Sequence record: NC_070650.1 | Direction: 5' to 3' (one strand) | Length of the DNA: 64,000 nucleotides | Shown here: positions 10,020 through 19,669 of the stretch, piece by piece | Position numbering within the stretch: the stretch's first letter is position 1 | Layout: every line of letters starts with the position of its first letter | Notes under the pieces: generated by a model | The model's database searches: none | What the model saw: the letters and a program-made list of their open reading frames with translations, nothing else | What the model was told of the DNA's origin: nothing | Made by a program: the position numbers and the translations under genes

Positions 10020-10385
10020 ATGTCAATCGATATTACCGAACAAGATTGGAGAGAAGTAGATGTAACGACAGACCGCCTTGCTGCAACGGCCTGCCCAGTT
10101 GATGATGACCTTTACGATGAAATTGAACATTTCATCGAATTCATCAAACCGATAGCCCATGCCAGAACCCCTTTTCGATTGGGTTCATTATATCGACAAT
10201 GGCGTGATTATCGGGGACAGGATATTATCTATTCTCTGTCGCTCAACGAGCTTAAGCGAGTCTGGACTGCAATAGCGGTAGTTTGTAACTCTAAGTCCTT
10301 ACCACCGTATTGCGGCCAAATACCTGAACAATGTATTCTTTACGATAATGCGACTCACCGCATTGTTCGGTATCTTAAAGATTGA
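10020..10385 (+). CDS. Hypothetical protein (121 aa)
   Basis: ORF follows the previous gene closely and ends at a terminator. Confidence 0.7.
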   Translation: MSIDITEQDWREVDVTTDRLAATACPVDDDLYDEIEHFIEFIKPIAHARTPFRLGSLYRQWRDYRGQDIIYSLSLNELKRVWTAIAVVCNSKSLPPYCGQIPEQCILYDNATHRIVRYLKD

Positions 10386-10390
10386 TGTGT

Positions 10391-10445
10391 CGGCATAAAG
10401 GGAGAGGCTTCGGCCTCTCCCTGTTTATGTTGCCTTTTATTTTTT
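10391..10445. terminator. Bidirectional terminator-like hairpin, repeat family A
   Basis: 55 bp identical to 55004-55058; lies between convergent genes. Confidence 0.85.
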
Positions 10446-10877
10446 GGCTTTTTTCTTCTCTTCAGCTAATGTCCGCTCAAGCTTAGTTTGTTCACTCTCA
10501 GCCTGGTTGACTCCATCAGCGTTAGCCAATTCACATTCCTGCAGTATCCACTCGATCATGTGTCTGGGTAAAGCCATGAACTCAGTGAACCCCAACCCAA
10601 ACAAATCCCAAACACGTTGCGCTCTATACTCGCGCATCCTCAACTGCCATCCCGTATGTACACCCAGGGCTTCGTTAGGATGCACTAATTGACTGGCAAA
10701 TGGGGGTATCTTACCAGACCGATCATCGAACAACCCGTAGGTTGTATCGTAGGCTTCCATCATGGTAACTTGAAGGGCGATGGAGTTAGTAATGGTCGGT
10801 TTGATTTTCTCAAGCGCAAGTAGGTCGTTGTGAACCCCCCTAGGCGGTAAACCAAACCTAGGGTGGGTAACGTGCAA
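10437..10877 (-). CDS. Conserved hypothetical protein (phiKZ gp76 position); start uncertain (TTG)
   Basis: ORF coupled to the upstream minus-strand gene (2-nt gap); LGFTEFMALP motif. Confidence 0.6.
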   Translation of the reverse strand: MHVTHPRFGLPPRGVHNDLLALEKIKPTITNSIALQVTMMEAYDTTYGLFDDRSGKIPPFASQLVHPNEALGVHTGWQLRMREYRAQRVWDLFGLGFTEFMALPRHMIEWILQECELANADGVNQAESEQTKLERTLAEEKKKAKK

Positions 10878-10879
10878 AC

Positions 10880-12541
10880 CTAGAGCAGAATTTTCTGGAG
10901 TCGATTGGATACTAGGGTAAAAAAAGTGCTCACCACGTCCAGAGGTAAGATGATTTGTTCTTTAGCGTCCGGACGTAGTTGGGTTTCACCGCAACGTTCG
11001 CAGGCGTAGTTGACAATACCAATTACCGTAGTAGTGGCGTCTTCGACGAACTGGTCAACCGTACCGACGATCAGGTCAACGATTTCACGGTCCGCAGAGA
11101 AAGTCCGCGATAGTTCTTCCAAGGTCGAAACGGAATCAATAACCGATTCAGACATCTCGCCGGCATCAATAATGATGCGGCCAAAATACATGCTGTAGTT
11201 ACGTAATGTTTCTACCGTGGCCAGCTGTTGAATGTAAACGTCGCGGTCGACGCCGTGCAGAACAGAACCAAACGCGGCGTCTGTTTGTTCAACAATACCG
11301 TCAACCCAACGAAGTCCAGAGTCCTCGTATTCGGTATATGTTGGAACCCTTAACTCCATGGTCATTTGGTTGCCCAGGTCGATGGTTGCCGACGCGGGTA
11401 CTGGGAAGCTAGACTGCATTGCTTTTACGTCGTCCAACTTCATACTGGCGCCTGCGCGATTTTTACTCATAAATCTACGCTGGTCTTCACTAAACCGTTT
11501 GCGATCCACAAACAAGAGTTTGTTTAAATCTACCACACCACGGTTGACGTGATGGCATTTGCTAAGATCCGCAGTACATGGTTGGGATAGCGGGTACCCA
11601 TTAGGGTAAATACACGAAACAAATCCCAGAATCATGGAAGGGATATCGGTGATCAGTAGATGATCTTTGATAGCCTGCCGCTTACCTTCCTCACTGGAAT
11701 ATTCGAGGGAGGTATCATCAACATGGTCTAGGATAAGATCCATGACGTATTTGATAATATAAATACGATCGTTATCAAACACGGCGCCTTTGGTTTGGCG
11801 ACCCAGCTTAATCTTTTCGGTCTGAATACGACGATCCAGCTCTAAGAGCGCTGCTTCCTGTGGCGGGATGAAGGTCACCCAGAACATCGAGTTATACATC
11901 GGCCATTGTGCGTGACCACCCAAAGACATGCGTGCTTGAACCCGACGGATGGCAGCTTGACCCGATAGCTTCGGAGCATTGCTTTCTTGGATTTTTGGTC
12001 TTGCGGCGCGCAGGCGATCAGCACCGTGGTTCAGATATTGCGCCCAGTCGCGGTCAGCTTGCCACGCAGCATAGGTCACATTCTCTTCATCAGCCGGGGC
12101 CATAAAGTTGACCGCGCTTCCGGCAGCCAATACCCAGTCCATACTTGATTCGGGGTCTGGCAGTCCACCCAGGCTTTTTACGTTGGCGGTGATGTGGGCG
12201 ATCTGACGGTACGTTGCAAACAGTAAATTAATTGATTCAGCCGGGGTGATGGCTTTTTTCTGTTTTTCGTTGATGTCTTTAAACAGGGGCAGCTCGACAG
12301 TAGCGTTTGCCGGGAACTCTCGCAAATCTGGACCGGGGTCAAAAACACCGTCGTCCTTTTCTTCGCTACCTACTTCCGGTACTTCATCTGAAGGCGCTAC
12401 CGTTTCTGGTGCGGGTGCATCTTTTTGGGGTTGCTGTGCGGTAGTAGATTCTTCATCGCCAGCATCAAATGCGTCCCATGCTGATTTACCCGGGGTAGTT
12501 TCATGCATCGGTACGTCGTTGCCGATATTGTTATCGCTCAT
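10880..12541 (-). CDS. Conserved protein (phiKZ gp77-like), possible baseplate-hub assembly factor with Cys motifs
   Basis: 553 aa with an acidic disordered N-terminus and C-x6-C and CERC cysteine pairs; syntenic position. Confidence 0.5.
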   Translation of the reverse strand: MSDNNIGNDVPMHETTPGKSAWDAFDAGDEESTTAQQPQKDAPAPETVAPSDEVPEVGSEEKDDGVFDPGPDLREFPANATVELPLFKDINEKQKKAITPAESINLLFATYRQIAHITANVKSLGGLPDPESSMDWVLAAGSAVNFMAPADEENVTYAAWQADRDWAQYLNHGADRLRAARPKIQESNAPKLSGQAAIRRVQARMSLGGHAQWPMYNSMFWVTFIPPQEAALLELDRRIQTEKIKLGRQTKGAVFDNDRIYIIKYVMDLILDHVDDTSLEYSSEEGKRQAIKDHLLITDIPSMILGFVSCIYPNGYPLSQPCTADLSKCHHVNRGVVDLNKLLFVDRKRFSEDQRRFMSKNRAGASMKLDDVKAMQSSFPVPASATIDLGNQMTMELRVPTYTEYEDSGLRWVDGIVEQTDAAFGSVLHGVDRDVYIQQLATVETLRNYSMYFGRIIIDAGEMSESVIDSVSTLEELSRTFSADREIVDLIVGTVDQFVEDATTTVIGIVNYACERCGETQLRPDAKEQIILPLDVVSTFFTLVSNRLQKILL

Positions 12542-13037
12542 TGTTCTCTCCAGATTCTTCTCGGGTTTTTCCCATCAGGTTAGAAAGCTCAAGATAGGTA
12601 GGGATGACCTCGTTGGTCCAATCGGCCTGCCAGGCGTAGAATGCCTCACCCATTGGGATAGTATTGAATTCTATACCTTCCATTTGATGGGTAATGCTCA
12701 CCACTGCTTCTTTATTACCGGCTTTGCGATGGGTTTTTACCTCTGCCCTTAATGCTTCCCAGTCTGCTTGCAGAGCTGTATATTGTTGGCATAGTTTCTC
12801 TACCCTGGTCACCATGTTTTGGGCTTTAGCATTAAGGTCTTTACTAAGACGCAGAATTTCACCGTGGTAAGGAGACCCAACTCCGAACATTGGTAGTCGC
12901 AATACTGGACCAATCTCACATACCGCGGCGACCTGATTGAGGCATGCACGGTATAACGTATCTAGTTCCACCCAGGTTTGCCCGGGAGCTTGTTTTGCAT
13001 TAACTCGCGCTTTGCGAGGTTTTTCTGAAGCTGGCAT
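12531..13037 (-). CDS. Hypothetical helical protein (phiKZ gp78 position)
   Basis: 168-aa ORF overlapping the next gene by 11 nt, with an AAGGGA RBS. Confidence 0.7.
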   Translation of the reverse strand: MPASEKPRKARVNAKQAPGQTWVELDTLYRACLNQVAAVCEIGPVLRLPMFGVGSPYHGEILRLSKDLNAKAQNMVTRVEKLCQQYTALQADWEALRAEVKTHRKAGNKEAVVSITHQMEGIEFNTIPMGEAFYAWQADWTNEVIPTYLELSNLMGKTREESGENNER

Positions 13038-13124
13038 ATTCTAATCCCTTTTAGGTTAAGTAAAATTTACACCAAACCGTATGTATCCTGTGTTAATAAT
13101 TACTGACCCCCACAAGGAATAACC

Positions 13125-13988
13125 ATGTTTGATGATTTAGAGCATTATCTGGTTACCATCTGTAGCCAACAAAGGGTGGACACCATTATCCGCTTGCTTG
13201 AAGCATTAGGAGGCATGGTTGGTGTCGAGCACGTGTTGCCTATGAGTCAATTTTCTATCGGGTTACCGGATGGCATTGATACCGCGGAATCCATTTCAAG
13301 ACTCGACGACTCTCTCGTAGATATTAGTCAGGCATGTTTTTCTGAACTCGGTATTGTATTAAATGAAGACAATATCGATTCTACCTCATTCATTGCTATT
13401 GAAAAGATGGTACACGCACTCACCCACGCTCCTTCCTGGGAAGACCCTGAACGACTGCTTGGATTTTTAACGGCATCAGATGACAGGGAGATGGGATTAG
13501 CTGAAGTTATAGGTGAGATTAATGGGGATGATGCAGGCCAGTACGCTTTATTGTTAGAAAGTGTATCTCTGGCCTTCTACAATAATCTCATAGAGGCGAT
13601 TGAGGTATCACTGGAAGCGGTGATAGCCAAAGACCCCGATACCATAAAAGCACCGCCCGACAGAATACGGGCATTCTTTAATCCATTGTCCGATGAACAG
13701 TTTGTTAAAAGCGCTATTCTGGATGGTAGTTTTGCGTTTAATATGTCCCTAGAAGTTTACGAAGGGCTTTACGCCAATGTGCTGTATGGGTTGGAGCCGA
13801 CCGCAGTACCCGACGCATTATTGAGTCTGGCGGTGTGCAGCGATCTTAAAGACAGTCAACTATTCCCAGAAATCATCGCGGCTCTGGACAAGTATATTGA
13901 AACCCCCGAGATTGGCATCGCCATGAAACATCGGATTGGCGAATTAAAAGCACGTTATCCGGAGTGGAATAATAATGAAAAAGCATGA
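13125..13988 (+). CDS. Conserved acidic protein (phiKZ gp79-like)
   Basis: 287 aa with an AAGGA RBS; overlaps the vRNAP gene start. Confidence 0.7.
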   Translation: MFDDLEHYLVTICSQQRVDTIIRLLEALGGMVGVEHVLPMSQFSIGLPDGIDTAESISRLDDSLVDISQACFSELGIVLNEDNIDSTSFIAIEKMVHALTHAPSWEDPERLLGFLTASDDREMGLAEVIGEINGDDAGQYALLLESVSLAFYNNLIEAIEVSLEAVIAKDPDTIKAPPDRIRAFFNPLSDEQFVKSAILDGSFAFNMSLEVYEGLYANVLYGLEPTAVPDALLSLAVCSDLKDSQLFPEIIAALDKYIETPEIGIAMKHRIGELKARYPEWNNNEKA

Positions 13989-15285
13989 TTATTTCTTTAA
14001 TGCCTGTAATGCCGGTGCGTATCGTTATCGTGAGTGGGTTTTGGATTGTTTTTCTGCGGCTGGGGTTATCACGACAGAAAACGATGCTGCTCAAAGCGAT
14101 ACGCAATATCCGTACCAATTGCGTTTACAAGAAAACGGTAAGGTTGACTTTATCGATGAACATGGTGAGCGGGACACCATAGACGATGTCGTTAAAGGAG
14201 AGGCACTGTTTGAGTTCAAAACAGTATTTACTTTGAAACCCAACGTAATGCCCAACCAACCTAACGAAGTGGAAACGACCTACGGTGAATGCTATATCAA
14301 CTATTTAATTTTAGTCTATCCGTTTGGTAATCGTGTACCATTCACTCCGGGCAAAGTGAAACCAACCAAGGTCATCACTTCCCTGCTGCCAAAGATTAAT
14401 GACGACCCGGAAGGTGAAATCCCCGATGATGGTAAGCTATACGTCAGCCATTTAACCACCTACATCGAAGCGGTAATGTCAACATTAGGCATAGTGCCGC
14501 TGGCAGTCCCTTCGGCGACGCCGTACACCATCACTACCGATCCTAAAATCAGGGAACGTCGAGATGAGCTATTGACCAAATACGCTGATAGGTTGCACGA
14601 CCCAGCAGTCATTGCGAACATTGATAAAGAACTCACCCAGATGGACCGTGAATGGATTGCTAAAGACCCGGATGGTGGTTTCTACTATAAAGACAAATCA
14701 TTCGATGTTACTCGCAAGAAAATGCATTTATTTCACGGGGCTGAGTCCGGGTTCAGTGCAGATGGCTCCATTACGGTTATTCGCAATTCCCTGGCCGAAG
14801 GTTGGGACATGGATAAACTACCAGCCATGGCTAACTCCATGCGTGAAGGTAGCTTCTCTCGCGGTGCCGAAACAGCATTAGGTGGTGAAGCAGTAAAATT
14901 CTTCCAGCGTGTATTACAAAACGCCGCCATCACTATTGATGATTGTGGAACCTCCCTTGGGTTACCCACATACATCACTAAAGATAACGTTATGGATTAT
15001 GTCGGCCTGTACATGAAAATCGGTGATGAGTGGAAGTCATTTGATGAAGAAGGGGTAACTCAATTCATTGGTAAAGAGATGATTGTCAGATCACCATTAT
15101 TCTGTAAAGCAACAGAAACCGATTTTTGCAAGCATTGCATGGGAGATAAATTATCGCTGTCTCCTAACTCACTAGCTTCAAGCGCCTCCCAAGTAGGTTC
15201 CGTATTCCTGAACACCTTCATGAAACGAATGCATGGTACTGCGCTGAAACTCGCCCACTACGATTACACCAAATCACTAACATAA
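13975..15285 (+). CDS. rpoC: Virion RNA polymerase beta' subunit fragment (phiKZ gp80-like)
   Basis: Bridge-helix-like SMREGSFSRGAETALGGEAVKFFQR, DDCGT, RSPLFC...FCKHCMG Zn site and FMKRMHG. Confidence 0.85.
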   Translation: MKKHDYFFNACNAGAYRYREWVLDCFSAAGVITTENDAAQSDTQYPYQLRLQENGKVDFIDEHGERDTIDDVVKGEALFEFKTVFTLKPNVMPNQPNEVETTYGECYINYLILVYPFGNRVPFTPGKVKPTKVITSLLPKINDDPEGEIPDDGKLYVSHLTTYIEAVMSTLGIVPLAVPSATPYTITTDPKIRERRDELLTKYADRLHDPAVIANIDKELTQMDREWIAKDPDGGFYYKDKSFDVTRKKMHLFHGAESGFSADGSITVIRNSLAEGWDMDKLPAMANSMREGSFSRGAETALGGEAVKFFQRVLQNAAITIDDCGTSLGLPTYITKDNVMDYVGLYMKIGDEWKSFDEEGVTQFIGKEMIVRSPLFCKATETDFCKHCMGDKLSLSPNSLASSASQVGSVFLNTFMKRMHGTALKLAHYDYTKSLT

Positions 15286-15298
15286 ATAGGGTTCAATT

Positions 15299-15904
15299 AT
15301 GTCTGAAGATGCAAAACTCACAATCACGGATGATGTTGGACAGGCCTCAGGTCAAGATGTTATCCGAGAAGAAACGCCAATCATCAGCCCGGCTAGCGTT
15401 GCCCCGGCGGCTACCATGGTTAAGGTAATGACTGCTGAACCTCAACCAGTCCAGCAGGTCGGTTCTATCATCCGGCTCACTGCCGAAATGGCCCGCTACG
15501 AAGAAAGCATGAATATTCGTCGTAGCATCGACCCGGTGGAGGGCGGTAAAAATCAAGTAAAATTCCTACGGGCAATTCAGAATCTGGTATATACCCCAGA
15601 TGCTTCTGATTTTGTGGTGGGGATGGATTACCTGATGAAGAAAATGTCCGAAGATGCCGACGGCCTATTTAATGACCGTACCGCATTTCGTTTTTGGGAC
15701 CAGATGAAACTGGCCAGACTCGAGCGCCAAGAAATAGAAAATCTTTGGCGTCTCCTGGTATCGGTAACCCAAGCCAAGGACCGCAAACAGGTACTGGAAA
15801 AACAAATTGACTTGGATAAGGCCCTGGGATACATCAAGGACTCTAAAGTCAGCGAACGTCTGCGCGCGTACATCGCCAAGATTAGTAAAGTTAATCTTGG
15901 ATAA
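15299..15904 (+). CDS. Conserved hypothetical protein (phiKZ gp81 position)
   Basis: 201-aa ORF between the vRNAP gene and a terminator. Confidence 0.75.
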   Translation: MSEDAKLTITDDVGQASGQDVIREETPIISPASVAPAATMVKVMTAEPQPVQQVGSIIRLTAEMARYEESMNIRRSIDPVEGGKNQVKFLRAIQNLVYTPDASDFVVGMDYLMKKMSEDADGLFNDRTAFRFWDQMKLARLERQEIENLWRLLVSVTQAKDRKQVLEKQIDLDKALGYIKDSKVSERLRAYIAKISKVNLG

Positions 15905-15907
15905 TCT

Positions 15908-15947
15908 GCATAAAAGGGAGGGCTTTCGCCCTCCCGATATGTTGTCT
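15908..15947. terminator. Bidirectional terminator-like hairpin, repeat family B (GCATAAAAGGGAGGGC-TTTC-GCCCTCCCGATATGTTGTCT)
   Basis: 40 bp identical to 45212-45251; lies between convergent genes. Confidence 0.85.
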
Positions 15948-17718
15948 AGTGTTTATGATCTTCTTTGAAAGATTCTAATAACTGGTCGAGTGTAGGTACG
16001 CCAAACAACGTACAGCATAATTCTACTGCATTCACTTGTGCCGACATTAAATTAATACCTGCACGTCGTTGGTCTATTTCTTCTAACCCCTCAATCCCGC
16101 ACAATTCCCGCTCAGTAGTATCTTTAGAAATGTTACCTAACAAAACACCATTAGGATAACTCGATCTCACGTCGAGGTCAGCTATGTGGGCTCGAAGGTA
16201 TGACCTAAGTTCAGGCAAATCTTTAAACGCTGGGATGCCGTTATCTACCATCATGTAGGTAGGTAACATAACAATCCATCCCGTCAAGTCCAATGTATCG
16301 TCATCTAATTCCGTTTGTACTGTTGATGAACCAGTACCAATCACCTTACCGTGACCCAGATAGAAGAAATGGAGATCGTTTACCAACATAACGGGTTGGC
16401 GGTTATATTGGGAATACTCAGAGATACCCACCAGGGTTGGCAACATCTGACTGATGTCTTTGATAGTTTCATCAAGTATCTCGGTAACGATATCATCGAA
16501 TAATGCGTATGAACAATAAACATCGCGATAGTGCGTCTGCATGGTTTCATGCCATTTAGCACTACCATCTTCTATACCTTCCAACAATGGAAGTTTAACA
16601 TATAGCTTACCTATCTTGGAGCCGACCTCACGTTTTACTACGGCATCAAGACCGTAAGAGAAATCTTGTCCGCCTGCTAAACGTACCCGTCGATAAGTAC
16701 ACATACCGCAGATGATGGTAAATGAGGCGGTGCAATAAAGCATGTGCCATTGATCTGCTGGTTTAATTGTGACTTCACGGCCCGATGCCGCCTTTTTGCG
16801 TTTACTCCCTTCTTCATATTTGCACCTTCTGAAGTTCTTCGGCACCCGGGGGTCACACAGCACGTCTTTGGGGTCTACCCCGAAGTCTTCCAGTACGCGC
16901 AGAATAACAGGGACGTCGAAGTCCTGGTTCCAAATTTCTATAATATCGGGTTGCCATTCGTGGGCGCGCTCGAACAACGCCTGGATGATTTCAACAGGTC
17001 CGTTAACAATGCGTATCTCAATGTTTTCCAATGGGATACGTTCTTTAATTTTTGGTCCTATTTCAGAATCATCGTACAGATGCTTTTTAATAGATGCTCG
17101 AATTTCTTCTTCGGCATTTGGTGAAGCTCCATACCACCCGCGGTCTACGGCTAGAATTGCTTTATCCTGGAATGATAACTGACCAGTGATCGGATACTGG
17201 TCTTCAGTAAACATGTTGGTTTCTAAGTCGAGCACAGCAACGGTATTATTGCTACGTGCTTTTGGCCATTGTTGTTGGTAGTTATGTTTCAAAATGCAGG
17301 TGGTATTGATGTCTGCACCGTATAAATACGGAGACTGTGCTAATTTGCGCAATCCCCCATTTGGGTCACCATACCCCAGTGCCTGAACAATCCGTTTAGG
17401 CATGTTGATTTGTGTTGTAGAGAATTCATTACATTTTTTTCGTTCTTCAAATTCTTTCTTGTCAGAATAATTTTGATATTCTTTTTTGGTTACCCAAAAT
17501 TTACGTTGATAATCACCCCAGAAACTTAGACGGTTCTCGGTGTGACCATCTTCAAAAAACAATCTTTCTTTAATGGTTAGTAAATCATGAGGTGTGCCGT
17601 CTAAAGCCTCGCTGTAAACGACATGCTTGCACTCATAACCAATTACCCCAGGGACATCGAAACGTGGACGTGGTGGTGCCATGTCAATTACTCCAATTCT
17701 TTTTTGATTTGTGCCCAA
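15946..17718 (-). CDS. Split B-family DNA polymerase, exonuclease plus motif A half (phiKZ gp82-like)
   Basis: ExoI DLET, ExoII WNQDFDVP, ExoIII YALFD and polymerase motif A DLDVRSSYP. The ORF ends before motifs B and C. Confidence 0.85.
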   Translation of the reverse strand: MGTNQKRIGVIDMAPPRPRFDVPGVIGYECKHVVYSEALDGTPHDLLTIKERLFFEDGHTENRLSFWGDYQRKFWVTKKEYQNYSDKKEFEERKKCNEFSTTQINMPKRIVQALGYGDPNGGLRKLAQSPYLYGADINTTCILKHNYQQQWPKARSNNTVAVLDLETNMFTEDQYPITGQLSFQDKAILAVDRGWYGASPNAEEEIRASIKKHLYDDSEIGPKIKERIPLENIEIRIVNGPVEIIQALFERAHEWQPDIIEIWNQDFDVPVILRVLEDFGVDPKDVLCDPRVPKNFRRCKYEEGSKRKKAASGREVTIKPADQWHMLYCTASFTIICGMCTYRRVRLAGGQDFSYGLDAVVKREVGSKIGKLYVKLPLLEGIEDGSAKWHETMQTHYRDVYCSYALFDDIVTEILDETIKDISQMLPTLVGISEYSQYNRQPVMLVNDLHFFYLGHGKVIGTGSSTVQTELDDDTLDLTGWIVMLPTYMMVDNGIPAFKDLPELRSYLRAHIADLDVRSSYPNGVLLGNISKDTTERELCGIEGLEEIDQRRAGINLMSAQVNAVELCCTLFGVPTLDQLLESFKEDHKH

Positions 17719-17788
17719 TTACATCATCGACATCACTCGTGATAAATTACTTCGTTGAATTATGTGTCGGCAGCCTGAGGAAACTACC

Positions 17789-19144
17789 ATGTCCATGAAG
17801 TCATATGCCCGTGTTAGCCTTGAAGCGCTAGCACCGCAAAAAGAAAATAAATTCGGTGCATTCGCCATCCCTTTATTACGGCAATGGCGCGAATATAGCG
17901 ATATTGATTATACCACTTCTTTTCGTAAAAGTGTTGCACCGATGCTGGTGAAACTGATTAAAGATACGACTGGCATGTCCGTTAAATTTCGGATAGTGCA
18001 GGATGCCTCCGATGCTTATACCTGCACCATCATGCCTGGCGTATTTACAGAAAAACATCCGTTGTTGTTTGAAGTATTAGGCAATCGTTCACATACCCCT
18101 GCATTTATCAATCTCGTGCGCAAAATGCGCGAAGATAAAACGAATATCCTGGAAGGTAGCGTTGACCAACGTACTGGTAAGGTGGGCGGTATTCTTGCCG
18201 AGGTCGATCATTTAATCACCATCGGCACATCTATTCTGGAAAATGACACCTTTACTCCGGCATGGATTGTGGGTTTAATCGGCCATGAATTGGGTCATGC
18301 GCATAGCTTCTTGGTATCTTTAGCGTATCGTTCGACGACCGCCTGGGCAATCCGTACTGCGATTGAAGCCCTTCACGGTACCAATAGCGATACTAAAGGG
18401 TACGTTATCACCATGGACGCCATGGCGGATTACCTTAATCTGGATGATATTCAACGTAAAGCACTGGTCGAATCCAAAGCTAAAGATGAGGCTCTGACCT
18501 TAATCGTTCTGGATAAGGCAGCTGAGGCGGCGAAATCAGAATTAGGTACTTCTTTAGCTGACCGTTCAGGTACCGAATTTCTCGCCGATCAGTACTTGGT
18601 TCGCTTAGGAGTTACCCGCGGATTTGCTGAAGCGTATAATTTTGTCCAACGTCAACGTAACCCCGAAGACTATTATAGTACGCATAAGTTTTTATTTGTT
18701 GAGTCTATGAAGGTTGCTTTGGCGGGTGCTGGCTGGATTGCTGGGGCTGCGCTCACCGGTAGCGTTATTGCTGGAGCACTCCCCGTGACCTTAGTTGTTT
18801 CAGCGTGTGTCTCCATGACTGCAGACAACATTATTGAATCCACGCATACTGACCTATATAGCCGACTGACGCAAATGCGGAATGATTTAATCCAATCAAC
18901 CAAAGAAGTTGATGACCCGGCCATTCGTCATCGTTTATTATCGGACATTGATTTTGTGGACAATCTATTAAAAGATATCAAACCCCACAAAAGCATCGTA
19001 CAAAAATTAGCTGGGGTATTTATACCCAACGTCCGCACCTTGAACAAACAACAACAGCATCTCGCGATGCTCGAATCATTATTTAATAATCCGCTATATC
19101 TTCGTCAAGCCCAACTTAACCAACTTGCTAATCAACCCGAATAA
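17789..19144 (+). CDS. Virion head protein with zincin HExxH motif and hydrophobic segment (phiKZ gp84-like)
   Basis: GHELGHAH, a downstream EFLADQY, a long hydrophobic G/A-rich stretch and an N-terminal SLE site. GAGGA RBS before ATG 17789. Confidence 0.65.
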   Translation: MSMKSYARVSLEALAPQKENKFGAFAIPLLRQWREYSDIDYTTSFRKSVAPMLVKLIKDTTGMSVKFRIVQDASDAYTCTIMPGVFTEKHPLLFEVLGNRSHTPAFINLVRKMREDKTNILEGSVDQRTGKVGGILAEVDHLITIGTSILENDTFTPAWIVGLIGHELGHAHSFLVSLAYRSTTAWAIRTAIEALHGTNSDTKGYVITMDAMADYLNLDDIQRKALVESKAKDEALTLIVLDKAAEAAKSELGTSLADRSGTEFLADQYLVRLGVTRGFAEAYNFVQRQRNPEDYYSTHKFLFVESMKVALAGAGWIAGAALTGSVIAGALPVTLVVSACVSMTADNIIESTHTDLYSRLTQMRNDLIQSTKEVDDPAIRHRLLSDIDFVDNLLKDIKPHKSIVQKLAGVFIPNVRTLNKQQQHLAMLESLFNNPLYLRQAQLNQLANQPE

Positions 19145-19150
19145 GGAACC

Positions 19151-19669
19151 ATGACCATGGCCAATTATGCACTGACCCAGCTGGCACGTAAACTGTTGAC
19201 CCTGGCAGGCTCAGCCCCGAAAGACAGCCGTTGGGCCTCTAACGAAACCACTACTACTGTGCGGGATGAAAACACCCGCATGGAAAACTTACTGGCTGCC
19301 GGGATCGCCTATAGCCTCCCCCTTCCGCCAGATGCCGTGCCGTCTATTGACGTATTTTTCGGTCAGGCTTACGGTACCAAGCTCACCGCGCTTGTTTCTG
19401 AGATTTGTGAGCAGCGGGTACTTAACCCGGAACTTATTATTCTGGCCGTAAAACAAGCCTGGAGTTTCCGTTATGCTCAAACGCATGACATCAATGTTCT
19501 TTTGCTGAACGGCCTGATGAAATTTAATTCCATCGGCGGGCTGAGCAATACTTACGAATACGCACTGGGCGAGTACCAGAACGATTATTCGATGCTGTTC
19601 ACCATTCTTAGCCAAATCAAATCTACGGTGCAGCCGTATTTCGCCGAGGATAGCCAAGATGCAGAATAA
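19151..19669 (+). CDS. Putative virion protein (phiKZ gp85 position)
   Basis: 172-aa ORF in the head-protein operon with an AAGGA RBS. Confidence 0.65.
   Translation: MTMANYALTQLARKLLTLAGSAPKDSRWASNETTTTVRDENTRMENLLAAGIAYSLPLPPDAVPSIDVFFGQAYGTKLTALVSEICEQRVLNPELIILAVKQAWSFRYAQTHDINVLLLNGLMKFNSIGGLSNTYEYALGEYQNDYSMLFTILSQIKSTVQPYFAEDSQDAE

Noticed and set aside
12246-12752. 168-aa plus-strand ORF
   Set aside because: It overlaps two coherent minus-strand genes and has a Ser-rich shadow composition.
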